A DNA stretch of 61,246 nt, filler included, from 7 parts of 7 records of this genome joined end to end with filler, not necessarily neighbours in it; one strand, 5' to 3'; shown: positions 31,825 through 42,662, counted from the whole stretch's first letter. Translations and numbers: made by a program. Notes: generated from the letters alone by a model not told the origin.

Positions 31825-32945
31825 CTATTTATTCTGTGCAATTGCACATTTTTTAAATGCATCAATATAGCTTTTTACTCTGCTTTCTATGGTGAAAGAC
31901 CTCATTGAATTATAAGCTTCATTTTTCATTTTCTTCCAAAGGATATCCCTGATTAAAATATCTCTCATGCTTTCGCCCCAGCTAATGGGTTCGTTGATGC
32001 TTCGTACGTATCCAGTTTTGTTTTCTATAACCAAATCATGTACTGAGCCTGTGCTGTATGAAGAAATAACTGGCACTCCGCAGCTTAGTGCTTCAACAAC
32101 AGGTAATCCCCACACATCGTACCTTGCAGGATATATAAAAGCTTTTGAGATTCTTATTAGCTCCCTTGTCAATTCAACAGGCTGGTAATCCAGCATAACT
32201 ACATTGTTTAATGCCAAGTTTCTGACCATTTTGTAAAGTTTCTTTTTTGCATTTGCATCACTTATTATCAATAAATCAGCATTGTTAATGCCTGCAAATT
32301 TCCAGATATCCAACAAAAGATCAATTCCCTGCTCTTTATTAAAGTGAATATTAGATATAAATATATTGTCCTTTAATCTATATCTTTTTTTAGCCCCTTT
32401 GCTCTTGCCTCTGTCATAGGGGTGGCTTGAATAAAATCCTTTTCACTAAAAGCGGCATAATTGTATCTGATTACTTTACTCATATCTACGCCATAAGATG
32501 CAAAATATGCATCACATACACTTCCACTTGAGAGATATACTGAAGCGCTTTTTAAATATCCTGCTTTTTTTCTGTTTGCAGCATAACTCTCATTTGGGTT
32601 TGGAAACTCCCCTTCGCTTGCTATTACAAACTTCTTGCCATTAAAGATTAGTTGTTTAATACTTGTTTTTTGCGCATTGGTCTTGCAGCCGCCTATAGCA
32701 AAAACATCATAGAGGTTTTCTTCAAGTATTCTTTTTATACCAAAAGCGATATTTAGATTCTTACCATAGCTTATCCCTTGCAGAAATATACTTTTAAAAC
32801 TATTACCTAAGGTTTTGAATTCCCATACATTGCTCTCTTGCGGGTATTGTTCAAAGGCAACAGTTAAATCACACTGTTTGCCTAATAAATTCCAAAACTC
32901 TTCTCCATTGCTTGTTGGCCTATCTGCAAGTAAAAATACCTTCAA
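31825..32945 (-). CDS. Glycosyltransferase family 4 (frameshift at ~32385)
   Basis: DVWGLPVVEALSCGVPVI; the two ORFs are the N- and C-halves of a GT-B fold. Confidence 0.8.
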
Positions 32946-33002
32946 GTTATAATTTTTCCTTCCTTTAAAATTTAAGTAGGTTATTAAATAATTTAATTCG
33001 TT

Positions 33003-33500
33003 TTACAGCATTCTCTCCATTACTGGAAATCTATATTGAGGCTTCCTTTTAAAGCGTACATATCCTCTGATGATATATCCCAATTTATCATAAAGCTTTA
33101 ATGCTGCTGTGTTTGCTTCGCATGTGTCTAAACAAATAGAAGTATACTCCCTCTCTTTAAAATGTTTATGAATATACTCCATCATCTTTGTGCCTATACC
33201 TTGCTTTGCAAATCCAGGATTTACACTTAATCTGTGCACGCATAATTTTGGAGCAAATTCAAAATCAATATCCTTATATTCATCTGATAAATCTTCATTT
33301 ACCGTAACATATGCTGCAATTTCATTATTAATAATACCAACTAGCATCTCGCCCCTTTTTATATCATCTAGTAATATTTCATCAGTCGGATAGTCATTAT
33401 CCCACTGATTTAATCCTGATTCAATCATTTTCTTATACACATTAGGTCTTATTTTGGATATCTTATACATATCTTCATTTTCTGCTTTTCTAATTTCCAT
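33003..33500 (-). CDS. GNAT acetyltransferase
   Basis: QWDNDYP, VHRLSV..FAKQGIG, LDT..N..A..LY..LGY. Confidence 0.85.
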   Translation of the reverse strand: MEIRKAENEDMYKISKIRPNVYKKMIESGLNQWDNDYPTDEILLDDIKRGEMLVGIINNEIAAYVTVNEDLSDEYKDIDFEFAPKLCVHRLSVNPGFAKQGIGTKMMEYIHKHFKEREYTSICLDTCEANTAALKLYDKLGYIIRGYVRFKRKPQYRFPVMERML

Positions 33501-33534
33501 TACATTATCTTCTCTGTCTTTCCCTTATATAAAT

Positions 33535-34954
33535 TTATTCTACCAAATATCCTATATGTAAGCAATCTCTATTATAAAGTTCCGCAGTTACATCGTCTGG
33601 TTGTCCGCCTCCGACATACAACGAAAATCTACCTGGTTCAATAATCATTTTGCCATCGCTGCCTATCAAAGCCATATCCTTAGCCTTAATAGTTATAGAT
33701 ACTTTTATTTCCTTTTCAACAGAAAGTAAAACTTTTCTAAAGGATACTAACTTGTATTCAGGAACTTTAACGCTGGCTTCTTCATCCCTTAGGTATGCCT
33801 GCACTACATCTTTTGTTTCACTCTTGCCTTTGTTTTTTAAAAATATTGTTACTGTAATATCTTGCCCTGCTTTTATTCTGGCACTGGATAAATACACTCT
33901 GTAATATTCTATAAATGAATAACTAAGCCCATATCCAAAAGGGTATACTACAGTTTCTGAAACACTAGAATTTTGACTAGTATTTTTATAAAATGTTAAT
34001 GGAAGTTTACCAGATGGCTGATAATCATTGAATATCATTCCTGCTGTTACGTCTAAACTAAGCTCGCTAGTATACCAGCATTGAAATACTGCATCACACA
34101 GCTCATCTGCTTTTGTTAAATATAAACTTAATTCAGTAAGGTTTAAAAATATAGTAGGCTTATCTTTGGCACAAATTTTCTCTATAAGCTCCGTTTGCAC
34201 TTTTGGCAATGCTTCACCTTTGTTGAATTTTAATTCTTGATTTAAACTGAAAGCCAATACTGCAATGTCAGCTTCCTCTGCTATTGATAGAACTTTTTGT
34301 AATTTATCTTCTGATAACTTCCCTTTAAAATCACAATCTTCTGGATACATTATCTGTGCTTTTGGATGTGCCCTTTTAAAACCGTTTACAACCGTTGAAT
34401 ACATAGAAGGAATTTGGCTATAGTTACCAGTCAAGCTATCTTCATTATTTCCCATAAAACAGATAACAGCAATTTTATTAATTTTTTTCTCTTGATAATG
34501 GAAGTAATCTATTGTTTTTTAAAAGCACTATGCTTTCCGCTGTAATCTGCTTATCTATCTCTTCATACTCTGTACTAACATTATTATCATCTGATATACT
34601 TGAACAATAAACAAGCTCATCTTTATTAAATATTCCCTGTTCCATTTTAGCAATAGCCAACTTGTATATTAAACTATCTATATTTTCTTCAGAAATTAAT
34701 CCCTGTTCCAGAGCTTTAATAAAGTATTTTTTATTTACTTCTATGTTAAAAGTTGATGCCATTTTAATTAATTGCGGATAAAATTGCGATAATCCATCTT
34801 TGCAGGCATCATAAAAATATTTATCTATATTAAAATCTGGCGCAGCAGAAAGCAGATAAACCAATTGGTTTATCCTTTCATCAATTGTCATATCCTTAAC
34901 AAAATATTTTGCTCTTTCTTCAAAGGACAAAGTAGTGCTTTCCCTTTTTTCCAT
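33535..34954 (-). CDS. Internally truncated GH3-like protein with C-terminal and Fn3-like domains (frameshift at ~34483)
   Basis: MTIDERI, ESIVLLKN..LLPL, PSGKLPLTFY, YPFGYGLSY, VVQAY; most of the catalytic barrel is missing. Confidence 0.75.
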
Positions 34955-34983
34955 AACAATTCCTTCCTATTGTACAAAACAGC

Positions 34984-35022
34984 AAAAAAGGATACTCTAA
35001 AACTTCAAGCTCTAAAATACCC
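34984..35022 (-). terminator. Intrinsic terminator after pilT
   Basis: GGGTATTTTAGAGC-TTGAA-GTTTTAGAGTATCC (G-U-rich stem) + T6. Confidence 0.6.
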
Positions 35023-35065
35023 TCTAACTTTTCTTGAAAAACTCCCAGACGGCAACAAATTAATT

Positions 35066-36115
35066 TTACATTAATCTGTTCAAATAATCTACATCTTGGC
35101 AATATTTAACTGCATTCTCTCTGGATAATTTCCCTTGCTTAAACAATCCTGCAATAGAATAGTCCATTAAGCACATGCCCTGTTGTCCTGAGGTCATTAT
35201 AATATTATTAACCTGTGCAGTTTTTCCCTCACGAATCATATTACTTACAGCAGGCGATCTTTTCATAATCTCAATAGCACAGCATCTGCCCTCTTTATCA
35301 CTCCTTGGGATAAGCTGCTGTGATACAACCCCTACTAATGCTGTTGACAACTGCATACGCACCTGAGTCTGTTGATGAGGCGGGAATACGTCAATTATAC
35401 GGTCAATGGTTTTTGCAGCGCCTGTAGTATGTAAAGTTGAAAAAACTAAGTGTCCTGTTTCTGCAGCCCGCAGGGCAATTTCAATGGTTTCAAGATCCCG
35501 CATTTCACCGATTAGGATAATATCAGGGTCTTGACGCAATGCGGCACGCAATGCATTTGCATATGAATTTGTATCTCTTCCTACTTCTCTTTGGTTTATT
35601 AAACTTTTTTTATGAGAATGTAAAAATTCTATCGGATCTTCTATTGTTATTATATGATCTCCTCTTGTGCTGTTGATTAAGTTAATCATAGCAGCAAGAG
35701 TTGTAGATTTACCAGAACCTGTTGGACCTGTAACCAACACCAACCCTCTGGTATTATTGGTCAGATCCATTACTGACTGGGCTAAACCTAATTCTTTGGC
35801 ATCGGGAATATCGCTTTTGACCAATCTTAATGCTACTGCATAACAATCCCTTTGCTTATATACATTGACACGATATCTGAATCTTCCAGCAGCAGAAATA
35901 GATAAATCAAGCTCTCCTGTTCTATTCATTTCATCCCATTGTTCTCTGTCTAAGATATCTGTTACAAATTTTCTTGTATCAACAGGCATCATAATTTGAT
36001 CAGTTAATGGGTGCAATTTACCGTTTAGTCTGCATATAGGCGGAGAACCTACTGTAATGTGCAAGTCAGATGCACCAATTTGAGCTGTATGAACAAGTAA
36101 TTCTTGTGTATCCAT
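35066..36115 (-). CDS. pilT: Type IV pilus retraction ATPase
   Basis: ASDLH, GPTGSGKSTT, TIEDPIE, ALRQDPD, AETGHLV. Confidence 0.93.
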   Translation of the reverse strand: MDTQELLVHTAQIGASDLHITVGSPPICRLNGKLHPLTDQIMMPVDTRKFVTDILDREQWDEMNRTGELDLSISAAGRFRYRVNVYKQRDCYAVALRLVKSDIPDAKELGLAQSVMDLTNNTRGLVLVTGPTGSGKSTTLAAMINLINSTRGDHIITIEDPIEFLHSHKKSLINQREVGRDTNSYANALRAALRQDPDIILIGEMRDLETIEIALRAAETGHLVFSTLHTTGAAKTIDRIIDVFPPHQQTQVRMQLSTALVGVVSQQLIPRSDKEGRCCAIEIMKRSPAVSNMIREGKTAQVNNIIMTSGQQGMCLMDYSIAGLFKQGKLSRENAVKYCQDVDYLNRLM

Positions 36116-36132
36116 AATATTTTATTACCCCT

Positions 36133-37827
36133 TTATTCCCCTGAATAGGCAACATTGTATACTTCTTCTATTGTTATTCTGCCCTCTTTTAAAAGTCTAA
36201 CACATTCATCCTTTAATGTGCTAAGTCTGCCGCTTGAAATTGCGTAGTCACGCATCTCATCAACCGAGCACTTACTAGAAATCATATCACGCAATTTTCT
36301 ATCCAAAACTAAAACTTCATGTACAGCAGTACGCCCCTTTAATCCCGTACCGTTACAGTTAGGACATCCCACTCCCTTTGTAAATGTATATTTGTGAGGA
36401 TCTTTAATATCACAATAGTCCAACTCTTTTTGAGATAGTTTAACAGGCTGTCTGCAGAATTTGCAATTTAGCTTAACAAGTCTTTGAGCGATAATACCTA
36501 CTAAAGATGCAGCTAACATAAACTCTTCAACCCCCATGTCAATCAAACGGGAGATAGTTGAAACAGAGTCGTTGGTATGGATAGTAGACAAAACCAAGTG
36601 ACCTGTAATAGCAGCCCTTGTAGCAATTTCAACAGTTTCACTGTCACGAATCTCACCAATCATTATAATATCAGGGTCTTGACGCAAAATCGATTTAAGT
36701 GCTGTTGGGAAGTCAAGCCCAGCTTTCATATTAACATGTACTTGGTTTAACCCACCGATTTGATATTCGACTGGGTCTTCAACTGTGATAATATTATCAC
36801 ATTCCTTGTTTAATTCGCTAAGCATAGTATACAAGGTAGTTGATTTACCAGAACCTGTAGGGCCTGTTACCAGGATGATACCATGCGGGTTTTGAAGCAA
36901 TTCTTCAAACAATGCATCGTTCCTAGGTGTAAAGCCTAATTCGGTTTTTGGTCTTAAGAATGATGATCTGTCAAGCAAACGCATAACTGCCTTTTCACCG
37001 TGTATGGTAGGCAATGTTGATATACGGATATCTATTTCTTTGCCTGATAAATGAACCTGCGTACGTCCATCCTGCGGTACTCTTTTTTCTGCTATATTCA
37101 TAGCACCCATAATTTTTATTCTAGCAATTATTGATGGAAGCAAATATTTTGGCGTATCCAATACCTTGCGCAAAGTTCCGTCAGTTCTGTTTCTGACTCT
37201 GACGATATCTTCCATAGGTTCAATATGAATATCACTGGTGCCTGTGTTTATAGCTTCTTCTATAATAGAATTAACCAGCCTAACAACAGGAGCATTACCA
37301 ACAACGTCATTTTCTGATACGCTGACATCATCAACTATATCTTCCTGCTCTGTACTAATTGAAAGATCTTTTAATGCTTTTTCCGTGTGCTCTCTGCTAT
37401 ATAATTTCTCTATAGCAACCATTATCTGTTCTGCTTTTGCAAGGAAGGTTTTAACTTCCATTCTAGCAACACGGCGAACATCCTCTATTGCCAGGAATGA
37501 GAATGGATCTTCCATAGCAACATACAGTAAATCATTTTCAACTTTTAATGGAATTAATTTATGTTTTTTCGCAATATTAACAGGAACTAATTTTACCATT
37601 TCCTGCGTAATAGAAACACTGGTTAAATCAACAAAAGGCACTCCCAGCTGAGCTTCCAAAACGCTCATAATTATCTGGTCATCTGCATAGCCTAATTCCC
37701 TGAGAATTGTTCCAAGCCGTTTGCCTTGAGTTTTCCTCTGAATATCCAACGCCTCTTCCAGCTGCATGTTAGTGATAATTCCTGCTTCTACAAGCATTTC
37801 ACCCAAATACTTCTTATGTCTCGCCAT
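36133..37827 (-). CDS. pilB: Type IV pilus assembly ATPase with N-terminal MshEN-like domain
   Basis: YLGEMLVEAGII and RLGTILRELG repeats; SDIHIEP; GPTGSGKS; two CxxC. Confidence 0.9.
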   Translation of the reverse strand: MARHKKYLGEMLVEAGIITNMQLEEALDIQRKTQGKRLGTILRELGYADDQIIMSVLEAQLGVPFVDLTSVSITQEMVKLVPVNIAKKHKLIPLKVENDLLYVAMEDPFSFLAIEDVRRVARMEVKTFLAKAEQIMVAIEKLYSREHTEKALKDLSISTEQEDIVDDVSVSENDVVGNAPVVRLVNSIIEEAINTGTSDIHIEPMEDIVRVRNRTDGTLRKVLDTPKYLLPSIIARIKIMGAMNIAEKRVPQDGRTQVHLSGKEIDIRISTLPTIHGEKAVMRLLDRSSFLRPKTELGFTPRNDALFEELLQNPHGIILVTGPTGSGKSTTLYTMLSELNKECDNIITVEDPVEYQIGGLNQVHVNMKAGLDFPTALKSILRQDPDIIMIGEIRDSETVEIATRAAITGHLVLSTIHTNDSVSTISRLIDMGVEEFMLAASLVGIIAQRLVKLNCKFCRQPVKLSQKELDYCDIKDPHKYTFTKGVGCPNCNGTGLKGRTAVHEVLVLDRKLRDMISSKCSVDEMRDYAISSGRLSTLKDECVRLLKEGRITIEEVYNVAYSGE

Positions 37828-38143
37828 AATACCACCTTCTTTGCTCAATGAAATCTATTCTTTCATTGCCCTCAACTATTACAATAATATATCAGAATAA
37901 CATGTTTTTCAAATATAATTTACTTTTAAACTAGAAATTTGTAGGTATTTACCTATTTTTTCACTTTTGTTCACCATTTTTTTGCATTTTTATATGTTTC
38001 TTATTATGCATCCCCCTCTATAAGATGCAAAATAATTGAATTATACAGCTTGTATAATATTTATAGACATTACTTTCGCTACTTGTTATCCTTTGAAATG
38101 ATATTTGGCTTTATCTTTATTGTGTTAAACTGAAATCTTAGAT

Positions 38144-39664
38144 TTATCTGCCGGGCTGACGAAAACCTTCTTTGTCCATAAGGTTTATCCATTGATTTAA
38201 TTTGACAACAAATTCTTCGTTAGATGCTGTTTTAGTCATCATATCTACAAGCTGCTCTGTTGCAGTTTCTTGGTTGCCCGCAAGCAGCTTTCTGACTTTC
38301 CATATGGTTTCAACTTCTTCTTTTGTCATTAATACTTCTTCTCTGCGAGTACCGCTCCTGTATAAATCTATAGCAGGGAATATTCTTCTTTCCTGAAGTT
38401 TTCTATCAAGGTGAAGTTCCATATTGCCTGTTCCTTTAAATTCTTCATAAACTATATCATCCATACGTGAACCAGTATCTACTAATGCTGTTGCTAAAAT
38501 AGTTAATGACCCGCCGTTTTCTAGGTTTCTTGCCGCACCAAAAAATCTTTTTGGCTTAAACAGAGCATTTGGATCAAGTCCGCCGGATAGTGTTCTTCCT
38601 GAAGGAGGAACAGTTAAGTTGTATGCTCTTGCTAATCTTGTGATAGAATCTAATAATATTACAACGTCTCTGTCCTGCTCAACTAGCCTTTTTGCTCTTT
38701 CTAACACCATTTCTGCAATTCTGCAGTGGTTTTCGGGGCGTTCATCAAAAGTTGATGATACTACTTCGCCTTTTGTAGAGCGCTGCATATCAGTAACTTC
38801 CTCTGGACGTTCATCTATTAATAGGATGATTAGATGTGCATCAGGATAATTAGATGAAATTGCATTTGCGATATTTTTGAGCAATGTTGTTTTACCTGCT
38901 TTTGGCGGAGATACTATCATGCCACGCTGACCTTTACCAACTGGTGCTACTAAATCAACAAGCCTTAATGCTATTTGATTAGGGTACTCGATACGCTCAA
39001 GCACTAGCTTTTTATCTGGGAAAACAGGAACCAGGTCTTCAAAATGTTTGCGTTTTTGCAGCTCTCCTGGGGATTTTCCATTAATATCTGTTATATAAAG
39101 CATCGCTAAGTAGCGTTCGTTTTCCTTCTCAGGTCTTGTTAAACCTTTTACTAAATCTCCTTGACGAAGCTTAAATTTTCTTATTTGATTTATAGACACA
39201 TAAACATCTTTTTCGCCCTTTTCTAGTGAACGTAAAAATCCATAACCATCCTGCTGAATATCTAAAATACCATATGCTTCCCCGCAGTCTTCATTTTTAA
39301 TCATATCATTTACCGCATTAGCATTGTCTTTGTTTTTCTTTCCTTTGTTTTTTCTGTTTTGGTTATATTGCTTTTCTTGTGTTTGTTTGCCCTTTGGTCT
39401 TGAAGCCTTCGCAACCTGATCTTTGTCTTCACTTTGCTCAGTTTCTTTATTTTCTTCTTGGCTGGGCTGTTGTTTTTCAGCAGCATCACTGCTGTTGAGG
39501 ATAATTCCGCCATTTTCTATTTGCTTGTTAAGCTCATCGATTTTCTTTTCAATTATCTCGATTATCTCTTTTTTCTTAGCCTTCAGCGGCAACTCTAAAT
39601 TAGAATCTTCAGCAAGCTTCTTTAATTCTGTAACCTTCATTTTTTCTAGGTTAATTTCGTTCAT
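38144..39664 (-). CDS. rho: Transcription termination factor Rho
   Basis: DGYGFLR, PPKAGKT, LIDERPEEVTD, LDSITRLARAYN, EEFKGTGNME. Confidence 0.97.
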   Translation of the reverse strand: MNEINLEKMKVTELKKLAEDSNLELPLKAKKKEIIEIIEKKIDELNKQIENGGIILNSSDAAEKQQPSQEENKETEQSEDKDQVAKASRPKGKQTQEKQYNQNRKNKGKKNKDNANAVNDMIKNEDCGEAYGILDIQQDGYGFLRSLEKGEKDVYVSINQIRKFKLRQGDLVKGLTRPEKENERYLAMLYITDINGKSPGELQKRKHFEDLVPVFPDKKLVLERIEYPNQIALRLVDLVAPVGKGQRGMIVSPPKAGKTTLLKNIANAISSNYPDAHLIILLIDERPEEVTDMQRSTKGEVVSSTFDERPENHCRIAEMVLERAKRLVEQDRDVVILLDSITRLARAYNLTVPPSGRTLSGGLDPNALFKPKRFFGAARNLENGGSLTILATALVDTGSRMDDIVYEEFKGTGNMELHLDRKLQERRIFPAIDLYRSGTRREEVLMTKEEVETIWKVRKLLAGNQETATEQLVDMMTKTASNEEFVVKLNQWINLMDKEGFRQPGR

Positions 39665-40077
39665 TTTATTCTCCTATTCAAATAGTTGGGATATATTATA
39701 TTAATATTGAAAATCTAAAAAATGATTTCTTTAAGCAATAAATAACCACGCATGATAATATACAAATCGTAATGATATTATCTGCTTAAGTCATGTAATG
39801 TAATATTATATTGTATCTTTTGTATTTTGAAATTATTTTCTTATTTGTCCTATCGGTAATAAAAATGCTTTTATCACTATCTGTACTAAACTGTATCTTT
39901 ATCCACACTATTAATACAACTTAGCTCAATTCTACACATAAAGATTAGTTTTGTCAAATAAGAAAATAGATGTATTTTAGCATTTTTATGAGTATTTTGA
40001 TCAAAAATAAATAAATAACCAAATATTGGACACAAATATATCTAAACATTTAAAACCATTACAATAGAATATAATTA

Positions 40078-40105
40078 TTGACTAAAACATAGCCTTTGCT
40101 ATAAT
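40078..40105 (+). promoter_or_regulatory. sigmaA promoter of the GNAT gene
   Basis: TTGACT-16 nt-TATAAT with TGn extension. Confidence 0.6.
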
Positions 40106-40144
40106 AAGATAAGTTATACGTGTGAATTTAAAGAGGATAATACT

Positions 40145-40642
40145 ATGATACAGAGCAAATGGCTATTTGGAAAAGAAAATTTTGATAATGTTTATAAAAT
40201 TAGAAAGCAAGTATTTGTTGATGATTTGGGTCTAAGCGAAGAAGCTCATTTTGATGACTACGATAGAAGATCACTGCATGTGCTGCTATATGAAGATGAT
40301 TTATTTATTGCTACAGGCAGATTATATGAAGATGCAGGAAACTTCTATATAGGAGGAATTGCAGTACTTCCTAAAGCCAGAGGAAAAGGAATCGGAGATT
40401 TACTTGTTCGTGTGCTTTTGAACAAAGCTTTTGAATTGTTAGCTACTGAAGTCTATGTTTATGCCAGAAAAGAAAGTGTGGACTTTTATAAAACTTTAAA
40501 TTTTATAGATTGTGATGAAACATACGAAATGGAACCAAATGACATTAGAATTGTGATGAAAGTAACTGAGGAAATGTCTCCTCTGCGTCATGCTTGCGGA
40601 GACTGCGGCGGGTGCAGCGGATGCAGTGAAAGCAGTCATTAA
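40145..40642 (+). CDS. ElaA/YjcF-like GNAT with Cys-rich tail
   Basis: IRKQVFV, ATGRL, ARGKGIG, FYKTLNF; tail CGDCGGCSGC. Confidence 0.85.
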   Translation: MIQSKWLFGKENFDNVYKIRKQVFVDDLGLSEEAHFDDYDRRSLHVLLYEDDLFIATGRLYEDAGNFYIGGIAVLPKARGKGIGDLLVRVLLNKAFELLATEVYVYARKESVDFYKTLNFIDCDETYEMEPNDIRIVMKVTEEMSPLRHACGDCGGCSGCSESSH

Positions 40643-40683
40643 TAACTGTAATAAAAAAATATTTTAATATATTCTATATTTGA

Positions 40684-40712
40684 TTGACTTTCTCTGCAAT
40701 TAGATGTATAAT
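40684..40712 (+). promoter_or_regulatory. sigmaA promoter upstream of the PyrR leader
   Basis: TTGACT-17 nt-TATAAT. Confidence 0.75.
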
Positions 40713-40723
40713 ACGCAAGAAAT

Positions 40724-40760
40724 TTACCTTTAATTCAGTTCCGTGAAACTGGCAAGGTGA
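40724..40760 (+). promoter_or_regulatory. PyrR-binding RNA stem-loop (attenuator 5' part, cut by contig end)
   Basis: ACCTTTAA-TTCAGTTCCGTGAAACTGGC-AAGGT resembles the CUUUAA...AGUCCNGUGAGGCU...AAGG pattern, with variants. Confidence 0.7.
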
Positions 40761-40764
40761 TGAT

Positions 40765-40864
40765 NNNNNNNNNNNNNNNNNNNNNNNNNNNNNNNNNNNN
40801 NNNNNNNNTTAATTAATTAANNNNNNNNNNNNNNNNNNNNNNNNNNNNNNNNNNNNNNNNNNNN
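40765..40864. other. Artificial contig spacer
   Basis: N44-TTAATTAATTAA-N44. Confidence 0.98.
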
Positions 40865-40926
40865 GCGTTTGTGCCCTTTATCGACGGTCTGAACTGGCTT
40901 TACAGCCACTTTTTAACTATATACTT

Positions 40927-41622
40927 CTATTCTTCGTGATGTTCCTTATGTAGTCTTGTCGCTTGACCAATCCAATCATCACGTTCCATACGACCTGGGA
41001 ATGATTTTATTTTTTCATTCAAGGCTCTTATACCTTCTGTATTTAATTTAGAAAGCTGATAGAATGTTGTAATATCAAAATCATGTAATAACTTTTCCAG
41101 TTTTGGACCAACACCACTGATTATTTTTAAATCGTCTTTATAATCAAGCTTAACGCCTTTCATCGATTCTGCCAATTGTTCTTCAAAGGCATCTTCGTAT
41201 ACTGCTTCAACCTTTACTTTGTCATAAATTTCTTCATCGTATGTTTCAAAGTGCTTTTGAGCCGCTTTATGAGTCCAGTTTCCTTTTCTAATCTTTCCGC
41301 TTTCAAGGTCTAGCTCTTTTTCTAATGCATCCACATCTTTATCTTCTAGCTGTGCAAGATTATAATATGATTTTATCCCCTTATCTTTAAGCTTTAATTC
41401 TGCATCATCATCAATACCATCAATCGCAGATAAATCATCTTCAACATCTTTGCGAGAATCTTTTTCTTCTTTGTTTGCTTTTGCTATTCCTTTATCTTTT
41501 TTATCATCTTTATCTCTTTTGTGCCATATTACCCAGCCAATAAAAACACCAATTAGCAACGGTATAATCATTAACAGTGCCCATTCCAAAAAAAGCTTTA
41601 ACATATCCATAAACCAGTTCAT
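40927..41622 (-). CDS. Membrane-anchored protein with two HhH-like (DUF4332-type) repeats
   Basis: One TM; DDLSAIDGI...W and DDLKIISGVGPKLE...DDWIGQA. Confidence 0.7.
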   Translation of the reverse strand: MNWFMDMLKLFLEWALLMIIPLLIGVFIGWVIWHKRDKDDKKDKGIAKANKEEKDSRKDVEDDLSAIDGIDDDAELKLKDKGIKSYYNLAQLEDKDVDALEKELDLESGKIRKGNWTHKAAQKHFETYDEEIYDKVKVEAVYEDAFEEQLAESMKGVKLDYKDDLKIISGVGPKLEKLLHDFDITTFYQLSKLNTEGIRALNEKIKSFPGRMERDDWIGQATRLHKEHHEE

Positions 41623-42662
41623 TAGCTATTCTCCTTTACAAGTATTTCAACTCTTCTGTTCTTTTCGCGCCCCAAAGCCGTAGCATTATTACCAATAGGC
41701 TGCTTTTCTCCCATGCCATAAGCATTAATACGAGATTTATCAACACCTTTATCCACTAAAATATTCATAACAGCTTGGGATCTTTCTTCACTCAAGTCCA
41801 TATTAGATGAATTATTCCCCCAATTATCCGTATGCCCAACAATATCAACCTGCACATCTTTATACTTGTTAAGCACATTCGCAATTTCATCAATATCTTT
41901 AACAGATTCTACTACTAAAACGCTTGAACCTGTTTCAAAGTAAAGATTTATAAATTCATAATCCGGATCCAGTTTTTCCTGTTTTTCTTCCTCTTTTTGT
42001 TCTGCTTGTTCTTTCTTTTCAGGTTCTTTGATATCCAAGTCCACATTGCCCAAGCTATTCCATTTAGATTTTATCGCCTCAATATCGGCAGTCTTAGATG
42101 CAACTCCAGAAACCTTGATTTTTTCTCCATCAACTTCTAACATTCCTTGATCAATACAATCAAATAAATCTGGCTTCATTTTCTCTAATTTTTTTATTGT
42201 TTCATCTTTAATAACCGCATCAGAGTCTGTCTCTAGACCTTTTCCTCCAAACATATTTTGTATCTTATCAGCATCATTTTTGCACAATTTGCCCGAAAAT
42301 TCTCTTTTATCAGCTGTCCAGTCTAGTCTGAACTTTCCGCTTTTTTCTTTTAATGTTTCTTTCTTGTCAGACATAACTCTTTTTTCGTCATAAATGATTT
42401 TAACGTCTCTCACGCCCTGAATTTGTTCAATTTCACTTTCAACAAGCTCAGCATCACTTTTATCGATATCCGCAGGGACTATTAAATATCCATTTCGCCC
42501 ATTCCATTCTAAATCAGAATTATCTAAAGACTTAAGGCTTCCAACATCAGCTGTCGCTTTATCCAATTTTCTTTCAAGCTTTGGAAACGTATAAAGTGTC
42601 ATAAGTCCTAAAAAAGCAACAAATAAAGCTATAGCTAACCACAGCATACTTTTTCTCTTCAT
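41622..42662 (-). CDS. OmpA-C domain protein with N-terminal anchor and BON-like regions
   Basis: FETGSS, IVGHTDNWG, NMDLSEERSQAV, GMGEKQP, NRRVEI. Confidence 0.88.
   Translation of the reverse strand: MKRKSMLWLAIALFVAFLGLMTLYTFPKLERKLDKATADVGSLKSLDNSDLEWNGRNGYLIVPADIDKSDAELVESEIEQIQGVRDVKIIYDEKRVMSDKKETLKEKSGKFRLDWTADKREFSGKLCKNDADKIQNMFGGKGLETDSDAVIKDETIKKLEKMKPDLFDCIDQGMLEVDGEKIKVSGVASKTADIEAIKSKWNSLGNVDLDIKEPEKKEQAEQKEEEKQEKLDPDYEFINLYFETGSSVLVVESVKDIDEIANVLNKYKDVQVDIVGHTDNWGNNSSNMDLSEERSQAVMNILVDKGVDKSRINAYGMGEKQPIGNNATALGREKNRRVEILVKENS

Noticed and set aside
34990-35022. GTTTTAGAG-like motifs resembling a Cas9 CRISPR repeat
   Set aside because: Two short copies forming the arms of a terminator; no spacers or cas genes. 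No CRISPR array was seen anywhere in the window
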